DNA from: Octopus vulgaris
Lineage: Eukaryota
Assembly (NCBI GenBank): GCA_951406725.2
Contig: OX597831.1
Coordinates: 32,860,001-32,924,000 of the forward strand
DNA length: 64,000 nt
Reading direction: 5' to 3'
Positions 1-14,094 of this stretch are shown one piece after another. The translations under genes were made by a program, and so were the position numbers. The stretch's first letter is position 1. Every line of letters begins with the position of its first letter. Below the pieces are notes generated by a model that worked only from the letters and a program-made list of their open reading frames with translations, made no database searches and had not been told where the DNA came from.

Positions 1-1460
1 AGGAAAAGAAATTATGTTGCAGTGCACATGTATGCTGTGATCTTGAATTAGGCAGGGAACGTATGGCCCGTGGTCCCAGTCTTGGATGAACCTTGAAGCT
101 AATGTTAAGGTCGTTTGGGCAAAGTTGGCGGTATATTCTCCACATCGTACAAATGATGTACCGCTCACGGCGACGCTGGAGAGAGTAAAGTTTCAAGGCT
201 TTAAGGCGATCCCAATAATCGAGAGCAGCCATGCCTTCAATTCGTTTAGTGAGTGCCCTCTGGGGTGACTCAATCCTGGTGATGTTTTGTCTTGTATGGG
301 GAGACCACAGTGGGCAGCAATATTCAAGGTGTGGCCGTACAAAGGAGGAGAAAAGTGGTATGATGACACCTTGTTCTCTAGACCGGAAAGTTTTTAAGAT
401 CCAGGAACTCATCCTACGAGCTATATCGACCTTCTTGTTGATGTGTGCACTCCAACTGAGATCGTCATCAACAATTACACCCAGGTCTCTGATATTGCTA
501 GAGGCTGTGAGCGGTTACCCTGAAGGAAGAGAGTATGGCTGTTTTAGTGAGGAATTTCTTCCAAAATGCATCAGCTCAAATTTTCCCTCATTCAGTTGCA
601 TTTTGTTTCTGTCTGCCCATTGACTCACAGCATATAGATCAGACTGGAGTTGAGTTCGGTCTGCTTCTTCATTGACGATTTGCTGGAGCTTAGTGTCATC
701 AGCAAATATTTTCACTTTGCAGTAATGTATGACACTGGAAAGGTCGTTTATGTAAATTATGAAGAGTAGCGGACCCAAGACAGTCCCCTGGGGAACACCG
801 CTGGTGACTTTTGCTGGGCTTGAGTGGACTCCATCAACTACAACATGTTGTGTTCTATTCGCCAGGAAATACTTAATCCAGTGTAGAACTTTTCCACGGA
901 TTCCAACATTTGCCAATTTTGAGAGTAGGATATTATGGTCTACCCTGTCGAACGCTTTACTGAAGTCAAGATATATGACGTCAGAGTTCGAACCTGTTCC
1001 CAAGGCTTTGAGTACATCTTCAATGTAGTGTAAGAGCTGTGTTAGACAGTCCCTGCCACAGCGAAAGCCATGCTGATTTGCATTTAGGTGTTTGTGGGTC
1101 TCCAGGAAATCAGCTATCCTTGATCTTAACACTCTTTCAAACACTTTAATGATGTGGGAGGTGAGTGAGATTGGGCGATAGTTGACTGCGAGGGATCTGT
1201 TTCCCTGTTTGAAAACCGGGATGACCGACTGGGATAGAAACTGTTTCGGTATATAACCTGCATCTAACGAATTTCTCCAAAGGTTGGTCAGAGGGACTGC
1301 AAGTTTGTGTCTACATTCCTTCAGGAGACTAGCGGGGAATCTATCAGGGCCTACAGCAGAGTAGTATTTGACCTCATTTATTGCTGCTACGATGTCAGTG
1401 GCAGTGAAGGTTATGTCTGAGATTTTATGTTGGGAGTCAACTTCGTTCGCTTCTCTTACG
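1..1460 (-). mobile_element. 5'-truncated CR1-clade non-LTR retrotransposon (ORF2 RT region, interrupted by a stop), running off the left edge
   Basis: Minus-strand translation gives NYRPISLTS, DFSKAFDRVDH, GVPQGTVLGPLLF and FADDTK (ORF 515..1144). After the TAA at 515-517 the frame continues with RDLGVIVD and VRPHLEYCCPLWSP...LQRRRER, typical of CR1/L2-group RTs. Confidence 0.9.
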
Positions 1461-1638
1461 TAGGGAGAATTCAGAAAAAAAAAAACAAAAGATGAAAATA
1501 GGTGGTGTAGACAACAATCAGATGTATTAATTTAACGCTCGGGAAGTGAAAAAGTCTTTAACGTTTCGAGCCTACGCTCTTCCACAGAAAGGAACACAGA
1601 AAGAAACAAGGACAGAAAATAAGATGTGTTGTGGCTAC
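1461..1638 (-). mobile_element. Family D: ~180-bp repeat carrying a minimal hammerhead-like motif (Penelope pLTR/retrozyme-like)
   Basis: Homologous to 20971-21150, 50919-51112, 52630-52795 and 60245-60440. Motif on minus strand at 1556-1591: CTTT-CTGTGGA-A-GAGCgtagGCTC-GAAA-CGTT-AAAG. Confidence 0.7.
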
Positions 1639-1669
1639 ATATACATATGTATGTATATATGTAGCTCAT

Positions 1670-1720
<51 letters not shown>

Positions 1721-1736
1721 TGTGTGTGTGTATCTG

Positions 1737-1801
<65 letters not shown>

Positions 1802-2646
1802 ATATCTATTTATTTATTTATCGATCGATTTGTCTGTCTGTCTGTCTGTCTCACAGATTTACGAAATAAAATAAGTTTTATCGTGAGAATATCAGAACTT
1901 TGGAATAAATATTCTCACAAGTTTCTAATCAACATACGACAACAACAATAATCACAGCCAATGTTATTGATACCATCACTCTACCTCCACAACAGCAGTT
2001 ACAAGAACATTATTCAGAATAGCAACAAAACAACAAAGGAGCCCCCACGTTGTCGTTGGACATGCTAGAAATAACAGCAAAATGTCGCTCAGATACTACC
2101 CTATCGTGTTAAAACAAGAGACATACATATGTGTTTGATGGTGGTGTTGGGGGAGGGAAAAGAGAATAAAGGAAGACAGGCCGGTCACGGCTGGGCTGGA
2201 TTTTGGACTTAGGCTTGTTTCATCACAACTGACCATAAAACATCATCATCATCATCACCATTTTCGTCAACATCATCATCACCTTGGTTATCGTTGTCGT
2301 TCTCCCTTCTGCCTCCTGCCTTGTTCAAATGTCTGCTGGGTTAGCGCGAGTAAATAACACACCACCACCATCACCACCAAAACCACCTTGGCTATAAAAA
2401 ATAGTCAAGGCAAGTGTTACATCCGCAAAACAATGCGTGTGTGTGTGTGTGTGTGTGTGTGTGGACACATCTTTGTCATTTTTTTTGTTTTTGTTTTATC
2501 AGCATTAAAGTAACTCCGGAGCCATGTCCAAAATTCTCGACCCGAGAATCACCTTTGTAGAATCACTCTCTCTCACTTTTCCTTCTTTGTTTCTTTGTTT
2601 CTTTGTTTCTTTGTTTGTTTGTTTGTTTGTTTTTCTTTCTTTCTCT

Positions 2647-2856
<210 letters not shown>

Positions 2857-3281
2857 TTTCCATCTAATCTTTCTCTCTCTCTCTCTCTAATTCCTCATTC
2901 TTTCTATCTTCCTTTCTCTCTTCCACACCTGTCACTCACGTATCTAAGTTTCTACAAAAGACTAAACACCATATCAAAGTCATAACTATCAACAACACAG
3001 CACCTGACAACAAATATTTACTAAATAGCGCACACACACACACACACACAAACACACAAACACACACACACAAACATACACACACACGCATATACAGACA
3101 CATGCATGGACAGCCACATGCGCACACATATGCATATACAGACACATACACGAACACAGACCTCTGCAGCAGGTGGTCAATTGTGCCAAAGTGATAATCG
3201 AAGTTTGCAAGGCGGTAGCCTGCTTCTGGTGGTTTTAACTTCAGAATCGATACCACTTAATAATCAATATTACATATTCTC

Positions 3282-3500
3282 AAAGGCGACGAGCTGGGCG
3301 GAATCGTCAGCACGCCGGTGGAAATGCTTGGTGGGAATTTCGTCCATCCCTAGGTTCCGAGTTCAAATTCCGCCGAGGTCGACTTTGCCTTTCATCCTTT
3401 CGGAGTCGATAAAACAAGTACCAGTTGAACACTGGGATCATTGTAATTGACTTACCCACTCCTTCGAAATTGCAGGCCTTGTGCCGGAATTTGAAATTAG
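3282..3500 (+). mobile_element. SINE family B (tRNA-like head)
   Basis: B-box-like GAGTTCAAATTCC followed by the conserved body gtcgactttgcctttcatcctttcgg.gtcgataaa..aagtaccag; at least 13 further copies or fragments in the window. Confidence 0.8.
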
Positions 3501-3810
3501 TATTGTGTATCTAGAGTCCATTTCTTTTTATGCCGTAACGCATATCACCTCCACAAACAAACATATGTACACACAAACATACACACACACGTCTACACGC
3601 ACGTGCACATGCGCATTAGGCGTACGAGTTATTCTTTAGCAGCCAACACGATTACAAGGCGTGTTTAAACATCGATGTATATACATGCACACACAATGGC
3701 CAAACGTAGAGGCATACATACGTAAAAGAAAAGTATAATACAAGTAGATGGAACGAACAGGCTTTAATCCAAATCACTGCAATTGTTTCTGTGTATTAGT
3801 ATCAGCTGTT

Positions 3811-3962
3811 ATGGCTGTGTGGTAAGAAGCTTGCTTCTCAACCACAGGGTTATAGGTTCAGTCCTACTGCCTGACACCTTGGGCAAGTGTCTTCTGCTAT
3901 AGCCTCAGGCCGACCAAAGCCTTATGAGTAGATCTGTTAGACGGAAACTGAAAGAAGCCCGT

Positions 3963-4036
<74 letters not shown>

Positions 4037-4210
4037 GCCCCCACCACCGCTTTACAACCGGTGTTGGTGTGTTTATGGCAAAAGAGACCGGTAGAATAAG
4101 TGCTAGGCTTAAAAAATGTCGTAGGGCCGATTTGTTCGACTGAACCGCTTCAAGATGTTGCTCCAGCATGGCCGCAGTCAAATGACTAAAACAGGTAAAA
4201 AATAAAAGAT
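3811..4210 (+). mobile_element. SINE family A (tRNA-derived, CORE-like segment, internal (TA)n(TG)n)
   Basis: A box TGGCTGTGTGG, B box GGTTCAGTCC, ccttgggcaagtg segment, 3' tail ..gctccagcatggccgcagtcaaatgact.. Confidence 0.85.
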
Positions 4211-4280
4211 AAAAGAAAAAACATAATCGCACAATAGTTGTGCAGCTGCACATCTTCAAGTGAATAAGCATTTATACATA

Positions 4281-4447
4281 TAGGCGCGGGAGTGGCTGCG
4301 TGGTAAGAAGCTTGCGTACCAACCATATGGTTCCGGGTTCGGTCGCACCACGTGGCACCTTGGGTAAGTGTCTTCTATACTAGCCTCGGGCCGACCAAAG
4401 CCTTGTGAATGGATTTGGTAGACGGAAACTGAAAGAAGACCGTCGTA

Positions 4448-4520
<73 letters not shown>

Positions 4521-4755
4521 ATGTGTGTGTGTGCGTGCGTATGTGTGTGTGCATATGTATTTGTCCCCCCCATCATCACTTAACAACCGATGTTGGTATG
4601 TTTGCGTCCCTGTAACGTAGAAGTGCGACAAAAGATACCGATAGAATAAGTACTAAGCTTACAAAGAATAAGTCCTGGGGTCGATTTGCTCGACTAAAGG
4701 CGGTGCTCCAACATGGCCGCAGTTAAATGACTGAAACAAGTAAAGGAGTAAAAGA
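4281..4755 (+). mobile_element. SINE family A, full length
   Basis: taggcgcgggagtggctgcgtggtaag head through ggcggtgctccaacatggccgcag...gtaaaag tail, with an internal microsatellite. Confidence 0.9.
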
Positions 4756-5329
4756 ACAAAAGAATGTGTATGCATGGTGGAACTCTTGAAGCCCCTGTGT
4801 CCGTGCAAATGTCTCTAGGGTTCAAAAGGTTTCTGTGCTTGAATTTTGCTTTTAGGGCATAAAGTGATGCACAGCACTAAAACCAGTGGCACAAAAGAGG
4901 GTGAGAAGACCAGAAACCAACTCTGCTCTTTTTTTATATTTATATATGATTTTAACATTAATTTGACGCTCAGTAAAAACAGAGTGTTTATGACGTTTCG
5001 AGCATTGTTTTTTGGGGGTCGAAAAGAGGAACGGGAAGAGTACAAAAGAAGGAAAAGGAATCACCAACAGCACGTTTGCTGTTACATACGCATACACGCA
5101 GGTGTGGATGTCTTCTTAGCACATACACACAGAGTACCTATGCTCGTCCAGAGCAGTGTTGTTTCTCAACAAAAGACTCATCAGACCTTGTTTGCGCGAA
5201 TTTACCGCGTACAAAGACGGCGAGATAAGCGATGAGTGAGGAATCGCTTAAACAAGTCGATTTGATTCTCATCCCCACTTCACAAAGATTCTAACATCCC
5301 TCGTGGCATTTAGATTAGATTCTGTGCGT

Positions 5330-6200
5330 ATATGTCGTCAGATCAGTTAGTAGCCGCACTGTTGGCATAGTAACGAAGCTAAAGCACATAGAGGAAAGCC
5401 CCTTGGCACAGATTGACCTTGAACTCTGCTGTGCATATGTACTAAGTTTTAACGTTCTAGCTCACTTCTATTGTTTACAGCAGTGCTTGGAAGGAACGTG
5501 TGTAGCATGTGACCGTCGCATTGATAATGACAAAAGATACCTGCTCAGAGACATACGCAAAGTTGCAGAAAGTGTACGGAGAGAAATGTATGAGCCGCAC
5601 ATAAGAATACGAGTGGTTCAAACGTTTCCAAGATGGCCGAAAAAGTCGATATTGACGAACGTTCTGGGAGACCCGCAACCAGCAGAACTGAAAAAAAACA
5701 TCACAGATGTGTGTGCAACTGTGAGGGAAAATCGTCGAATCACTATCTGTAGTTATCAGAGGACGTGCAGATTAGATACGGTTCAGTTCAGTCCATTATC
5801 ACTGAAGATTTGGGTTTGAGACGCGTGTCTGCCAAGTTTATGCCTAAACTGCTTTCAGCTGACCAAAAAGACACTCGGGTTTCAGTTGCACAAAATCTCT
5901 TTGGTTGTGTCAAGAAAGATGAAAACATTTTGAAAACTTTGCGTAAGCCTCTGAGCAGGTATCGCCAAGCGTTTGACAAAATTTGATGCGCAACTTTTTC
6001 TGTCATGGTCAATGCTAAGATCACACTACACACCTTCCTTCCAAGCACTGCTGTAAACAACAGAAGTAAGGTACAACGTTAAATCTTAGTGCGCATGCAC
6101 AGCAGCGTTCAGGGTCAATCTGTGCCAAGCGGCTTCACCCTTCGTGCTTTAGCTTCGTTACTATGGCAACAGTCCGGATACGTATAACTCAGAACACTAT
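5330..6200 (+). mobile_element. Internally deleted mariner transposon with long (~160-170 bp) imperfect TIRs
   Basis: 5350-5512 is the reverse complement of ~6007-6181. The interior encodes a frameshifted mariner N-terminus (VRENRRITI; YGSVQSIITEDLGLRRVSAKFMPKLLSADQKDTRV, a WVPHEL-type linker) but no DDD domain. Confidence 0.85.
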
Positions 6201-6297
6201 TTCTATTAAACAAGTAATGATGCAGGAGGGCATATATATTATATATATATATATATATACACACGTGTGTGTGTGTGTATATATATTATATATATAT

Positions 6298-6413
6298 GGT
6301 CGGCCCGAGGCTATAGCAGAAGAGACTTGCCGAAGGTGCCAGACAGTAGGACTGAACCAAAGACCATGTACTTGGGAGGCAAACATCTTACCGTACAGTC
6401 ACGCCTCTGCCGA
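6298..6413 (-). mobile_element. SINE family A, 5' part
   Basis: Reverse complement of the family A head and CORE-like region. Confidence 0.75.
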
Positions 6414-6486
6414 TATATACTTATATATATATATATATGCGTGTGTGTATGATATGTATCTACGTGTGTATCATATACACACATAA

Positions 6487-6557
<71 letters not shown>

Positions 6558-7276
6558 AAATCTATGAAGCATTAACATTTGTCATGACAAATTACTCTCC
6601 TGTTTCTTTGTATTTTATCAGTAATTTGGATCTTCAGAGTTTTATACATACATGCGCATGCACACACACACACGTACATACACACACACACATTGATACA
6701 TATACAAACATAAAATACATTCAAGCATGCATGCATACATACATATATATATAGACACATATATACACGCATATGCATATTGATATATAAATACATACAT
6801 ACATGCATGCATACACACACACACACACACACACATAGACTCCTGCATTTCTATAAATATATGTGAGACACGCAATACTAAAGATTTGCTGATGTTTCAA
6901 AAGTTTTCTTCTTATAAAGTAATATCCTTGGTACATCTCACCATGTATATATACACAAACGTATTTACGTGTATGTATATGTATGTATGCTTTGTCATAA
7001 GTGCTATATATGTATACGTGTTAGAATACGTGTCATGTGTACGCGCATCCATGTATATATATACGCCTGTACATGTATAGTTGCGGGTGAATATATGCCT
7101 ATATGAATATGAATATATGTATATAGATGGTGATAGCAATCACCAAAATGGTTGACGTGATTCGTTTGCAATTGTTGATCACGTATTTATTTTGCAGAGA
7201 TTCTGGAGACAATATTCAATCAGATGACATTTAAGAGAATTCAGCAGCTTCTAGGACGAAGGAATAGAGCGACATA

Positions 7277-7374
7277 AACAAAGAAATTCATCACATAGCT
7301 AACACTTAAAGCCCATAAGAAAAACAAAGAAATTCAGAACATAGCTGACACTTAAAGCCCATAAGAAAAACAAG
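7277..7374. repeat. Tandem duplication of a ~46-bp unit
   Basis: aaacaaagaaattca..acatagct.acacttaaagcccataaga occurs twice head to tail. Confidence 0.8.
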
Positions 7375-8253
7375 ATACATTTATTAATAAATATATAAAG
7401 AAAGAAAATAGAAAATTTATAGCAACCAGAATTATTGAGTTTTGAAAGCAACACGGAAATGTTAATAGGCAAAGATATGAATTTTTTAAATATTTTTCTG
7501 CTGTTTTCTGTGAAATTATCTCAGTTAAACATTTAATAACCATATATGAACATTTTAACACAAGCATATATATATGTGTGTGTGTGTTGCATGTGTGTGT
7601 GCATGCATATATATAAATTCGTACATACATGTGCATACTTATACATACATACGCGCATATGTATGTTTATGTATGTATGCGCACACACACATGTATGTAC
7701 ATATAAATATATATATATGTATGTATATATATATGTATATACATTTTTGCATCTATGTATTCATCACTTTTAGTGCATGTATACTCACCGTACGTTAATG
7801 ATGATGGTGATGACAACGACGGTGATGAGGTTGATGATGATGCTGATGACGACAACGATCATCTTCGTCATCACATTTATCTTCTGATTAGTCAGTTTGA
7901 CAGAGAATGTCAAATTTGGAATGGCATTCTCGGATACAAGATAATGCCTCTTGAAAATAATTTCACCTGAAAACATACAGATATATATGCACAAAAGTAT
8001 ACACACACACACACGCACATGTACACATACACGCACACACATATACACTATTACACGAAGATACTAATTCATATACACACACGTTAAAACGGCATTCATA
8101 CGCACCAACATGCAATCCCCTTCCACACACTGGCGTATATACATAGATGCATAAAGAAACATGCAGACATATATACACACACAGAGTTACACAACCGCTG
8201 CACTCAAACGCTCATACATTCATAGATGCAGACATGGTTTCTCACACACACGC

Positions 8254-8296
<43 letters not shown>

Positions 8297-8358
8297 TGCG
8301 ACCATATATGTAGGTAAATCGAAGAACAAAAGACAAGTGGATGTACAATGAGTATGGT

Positions 8359-8757
<399 letters not shown>

Positions 8758-8810
8758 AACAACTTATAAATAAGGGTATGAGTAAGTATCTCATTTACTT
8801 CTTTGCCACA

Positions 8811-8868
8811 TGTATCACTGACGAAGGGAAGGTTCTTTTTGAACTAACCCTGAAATCGGTCCGATATG
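8811..8868 (+). ncRNA. Minimal type I hammerhead ribozyme-like motif (Penelope-like), inside a segment bounded by 23-bp inverted repeats (8754-9025)
   Basis: tgtatca-CTGACGA-AGGG(aa-ggttc-tttt-t-gaact-aa)CCCT-GAAA-TCG-GTC-cgatatg: canonical core, GUC triplet, near-palindromic short stem III. Confidence 0.6.
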
Positions 8869-9100
8869 GTAATAATGGAATTTTTTTAGAGATTTCTGTC
8901 GACCTTTTTTCGAGTAGCGTGCGTACTGGGAAAAAAATTATATGGTAAATGGACAATATGTCCAATTTTCGGCATATTTGGCATTAGAAATTTTTTCGTT
9001 TGCCCTTATTTATAAGTTGTTTATAATTTAACCTTTAAAGGTATTTTTTAATATGCTGGCCACTGATAAAACTTTTTTCGAAAAAATTTTATCCTACATT

Positions 9101-9182
<82 letters not shown>

Positions 9183-9223
9183 CTCTGTGTGTGTATGTGT
9201 GTGTGTGTGTATATATATACATA

Positions 9224-9521
9224 CACGAGGGTACTACATAAGTACTTGTATCGCTAAAAGTGTAAGTCAAAAATACTTCTGTGCAACGGAATAGTCACAA
9301 ATCTAATACAGGCCTGGTATGAAAAAACAAAACAAAAAAATCCCCAGAAAAACTAGTGAACATTAAAATCGTCTTACCTCTGCTAGGTCAGCACAAGTAA
9401 TGCTGGCCAACCTGATACCACGGTTTCGAAATGAGCGCTAAGTAGCTGCCTGTTTATCCTCAACCAGAAGTATTTTGACTTCTATTTTTAGCGATGCAAG
9501 TACTCATGTAGTACCCACATC
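9224..9521. mobile_element. Mariner-type MITE
   Basis: ~53-bp imperfect TIRs, gggtactacataagtacttgtatcgctaaaa...aaatacttctg versus cagaagtattt...tagcgatgcaagtactcatgtagtaccc; begins TA|CACGAGGG. Confidence 0.7.
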
Positions 9522-9533
9522 TGTGTGTGTGTA

Positions 9534-9583
<50 letters not shown>

Positions 9584-9694
9584 TACATATCTTATATTAT
9601 ATGTATATATTTTATTAATTGCCTGTACGGCAGATAACTCGCTTGCCGCTAGTGATGGTATTGTAATAATACCATCCATCTTTTATATATATAT

Positions 9695-9761
<67 letters not shown>

Positions 9762-9848
9762 TGTGTGTGTGTCTGTGTCTGTGTGTGTATGTATGTATGT
9801 ATACAAACCAAACTTAAGATCGATTCAAATATGTTTTAAGAGATAGTC

Positions 9849-10360
9849 GAACGTGTAAAGGGCTTTCATTGCAGTTTGTCATGGAGGCAAAAAAAGCTCG
9901 TCTATTGTCAAAATAGCAGAGTGATATGAGGACGCTGTCCTTTGGGCTGATGACTGATGGATGCATTTCGAATTTGGTTGTTTTCTGCAAGATAGCAAGA
10001 GTGGCGACTCCGAGCTAATTAGGAAGCACAGCTTCCTGCATTCTTTGCTACTCTTGGCACAAGGCCCGAAATTTTTGGGGAGTGAGGGACAGTCAATTAG
10101 ATCGACCCCAGTCCGCAACTGGTACATAATTTATCGACCCCCCAAAGGATGAAATGCAAAGTCGATGATGATGATGATGATGACGACGATGTTTGTGGTG
10201 GAGGTGGTGATGGTGGTATTTGAACGTGTAAAGGTTCTTCACTGCAGTTTATCATGGAGAAAAAAATTCTCGCTCAAAAGCAAGCGATGTTAAAACGCCA
10301 TAGCCAGCTCAGAGCGCTCTCTATTGGGCTGATGGATGCATTTCGAACTGTTTTGTTTTC
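9849..10360 (+). repeat. Two diverged copies of a ~140-bp unit (about 9849-9990 and 10222-10360) flanking a family B SINE fragment (10045-10165, -)
   Basis: Both begin gaacgtgtaaagg..ttca.tgcagttt.tcatggag and contain ctgatggatgcatttcgaa. Confidence 0.6.
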
Positions 10361-10492
10361 TTCAGTACCAGATACCAAAAGAAATCACTCTTTGAACTGG
10401 TCTTAAATTTGTATACTTTCCTTCACTGCCACGTGCATCTACTCACGAATGTTTACTGGCCTGGCAGCTAATACGCACAATCAGTAAATAAT

Positions 10493-10636
10493 CCTTTTTA
10501 CTAAAGGTACAAGGCCTGAAATTTTGGAGGAAGGGGAGAATCGCTTATATCGACCCCAGTACATACCTGGTACGTATTCCATCGGTCCTGAAAGAATGAA
10601 AGGCAAAGTCGACCTCGGCGGAATCTGAACTCAGAA
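10493..10636 (-). mobile_element. SINE family B
   Basis: Reverse complement of the family B body and tail. Confidence 0.8.
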
Positions 10637-10679
<43 letters not shown>

Positions 10680-10725
10680 TTCATCATCATCATCATCATC
10701 ATCTTCATCATCATCATCATCATCG

Positions 10726-10791
<66 letters not shown>

Positions 10792-10886
10792 CTCTCCTAC
10801 AGCTGGTTGGGCCTTCAATGAGTTCTTCATGTGACGTTATGTGCATATGTGTGTGTTGTTTAAACATCTATATATGTATGCATAAG

Positions 10887-10919
<33 letters not shown>

Positions 10920-11350
10920 GTGTGTGTGTGTGTGTGTGTGAGAGAGCGTATGTGTGTATGTATATACGTTTCTATGTATGTCTGGGTGTGCCAGTGTGTC
11001 TTCAGGAAGAGGGATGGAGGTAAAGACTGGATGATGTGTTGGCATTCAATCAGTGAGGATTGTAATCAAGACATCTCAATAGTAAAGAGATGGCGTGGAG
11101 TGGGTGATGTGAGGTGTGAGTAGCGCTGGTGGTAGTAGTAGTGGTGGTGGTGGCGGCAGCCGCGGCGGTGGTGGTGATGGTGGTGGTAGCGGTAGAAGTG
11201 GTGGCCATGATAGTGGTGGTGGTGGTGGTCGCCATTGTTATTGCTAACTTCGGGGTCAGCCCTGATCTAGCAGACGTAGAACGAAATGCTTTGCAACCGT
11301 GACAATCTGTCTGTCTGTCCGTCCGCCTGTCCCCCCGTCTGTCTGTTGTC

Positions 11351-11469
<119 letters not shown>

Positions 11470-11709
11470 GCCTGCCTGATTTCTTGCCTGCCTGTCTATC
11501 TATCTGTCTCTCTATCTGTCTGCCTGCCTGCCTGCCTATCTGCCTACCTGTCTGCCTGCCTGACCTGTCTGTCGGTCTCTCTCCATCAATGTATGTATAT
11601 GTCTGTCTGTCTGTCTATGTATGTATGTATGTATGTATGTATGTATGTATGTATGTATGTATGTATCTATCTATCTATCTATCTAAGTGTCTGTCTGTCT
11701 ACCTATCCA

Positions 11710-11776
<67 letters not shown>

Positions 11777-12677
11777 CTGTCTCTCTCTTCTTATTCCCTC
11801 TCCATTCGAACTGCAAACCACAAATAGTTGGTGTCGGGGGAAAGTGTTGATGATGAAAGTGAGGAAGGAAGGAAGTTTGGCAATCTATAATTGTAAACAA
11901 TCAAGAATCGCAGACAATCAAACCATAAACACACACACACTAACATACACAAACATATTCCTATATAAGCATACACTGACATATACACAAATATATACAC
12001 ACGTAAAGCTACACACACACACATACAATCAATCAAATATACACGTGAAACAGTGTAACAATATCTTCCCTGCAGACATTTTATAAACTCTGTAATCTGG
12101 ACTTAGAAAGAAACAACAAAAACAAAAACAAACAACAAAAGAACCCCTGTCGTCTGCTAAATGGCTGACTTTTATTTCATATATGTCTTTGTTTTTATAT
12201 AATCTCGCTACTAATGATTTTTTTGGTTAAATTAAATTTCTGAGGATTAATCTAGGATTGATCATAAAATTCTTGTTTATAATGGAACAAAATAACAAAA
12301 TGTTGATGAAGATTTAACGTCTGTAATGACACCGGATTGTAAAGAGTCGAAATATTTTGGCAGAAATTACGCTGCTTGTTTGTCGTTGTTGCTGATTTCT
12401 TGATAATTTTGATTAGATTCGCTGTTAATTTTGATTGAGGAAGACATTATATGTTTTGTTAGAGTTTTCCCAGTAGATAAGCTCTTGGACTGTTTAGCTT
12501 ATCGTTTATTAGTTCAATCCCACTGCAGGTGTTCCGTTCGTCTTCTGTAGAGGGTGGCGCATCACAAGACTTCGCATCGTTTCAGAAACGAGCTATCACC
12601 ATGCAATCGTTTGTTCTGTTAGAAATCGCAGCCAAACTTTTTCTCAAATCACATCCGATAGTCCTAAAATGATAATG

Positions 12678-12747
<70 letters not shown>

Positions 12748-12773
12748 TGATAATAATAATGATAATAATAATG

Positions 12774-12830
<57 letters not shown>

Positions 12831-12854
12831 TTAATAATAATAATGATAATAATG

Positions 12855-12888
<34 letters not shown>

Positions 12889-12891
12889 TGA

Positions 12892-13016
<125 letters not shown>

Positions 13017-13049
13017 AATAATTATTATTATTATTATTGTTATCATTAT

Positions 13050-13545
13050 TATCTTGTACATTGTTTTGTCTTGGTATAAAAGATGGGCTACAGCAAATAT
13101 TCTGCTCAATACCACAGATTTGCTTGTCAGTTGTTTGACCATAACCAGTTGAGCATGTCCCTTAGTGGTTGACGATATGTGCATCTCTGATTATGAACAG
13201 AAGTAGTGGGGGAGCATCATAGCCGTGTGTTGAAAGGAATTCTTATAGGTTTGGATAATTCACCTTTGGAAACATAGGTGTTTCGTTCAACATCCTTAAA
13301 CAATCCTTATTCAGGGACCTTTTCAGCAGGATGGGTTACTCGACCAGAAGAAAATTCTATTTGGGCCCCGCCTACAAGGTCATGTGCTGTTAATCTTGAT
13401 ATGAGATCACCATGTCGTGCACATATGGTTGTGATGCATGTGCCTGGTGTACCCTTATCAGACGTGTAGTCATGATGGGTATACTGGGCTTCGTATATTT
13501 TACCCCAGTGTTACTTTGATGGCATACACTGCTCTCTCACTCTAT
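13050..13545 (+). mobile_element. Family C: non-coding retroposon associated with (AAT)n, 5'-truncated
   Basis: Colinear with 18443-18996 and 62021-62530 (-); shared 3' end cactgctctctcactc followed by an AAT-rich tract. Confidence 0.8.
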
Positions 13546-13559
13546 AACAATAATAATAA

Positions 13560-13780
13560 TCCTTTCTACTATTAACACAACCTAAAATTTTGGGCGGGGG
13601 GAGAGGACCAGTCGACTACATCGACCCCAGTGTTTCACTGGTACTTAATTTATCGTGCCCGAAAAGGATGAAAGGCAAAGTCGACCTCGGCGGAATTTGA
13701 ACTCAGAACGTAGTGATGGATGAAATGCCGCTAAGGGTTTCGTCCAGCATGCTAACGATTCTGCCAGCTCGTTGCCTTAT
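13560..13780 (-). mobile_element. SINE family B, full length
   Basis: Reverse complement reads from head aaggcaacgagctggcagaatcgttagc to tail agtagaaaggattattatt. Confidence 0.85.
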
Positions 13781-13790
13781 TTATAGTAAA

Positions 13791-13865
<75 letters not shown>

Positions 13866-13912
13866 CACCACCACCACCACCACCACCACCACCACCACCA
13901 CCACTACTACTG

Positions 13913-13966
<54 letters not shown>

Positions 13967-13986
13967 AAACCACCACCACCACCACC

Positions 13987-14026
<40 letters not shown>

Positions 14027-14094
14027 ATACTACTACTACTAATAATAATAATAGAGTCACTATCTGGTACTACATCAGGGCATATAATAATATT

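Noticed and set aside
3770-3781. Near-perfect Gfi1 site CAAATCACTGCA with a nearby E-box
   Set aside because: About 40 kb from the exon, adjacent to SINEs, and AAATCAC words also occur within repeats; not distinguishable from chance.
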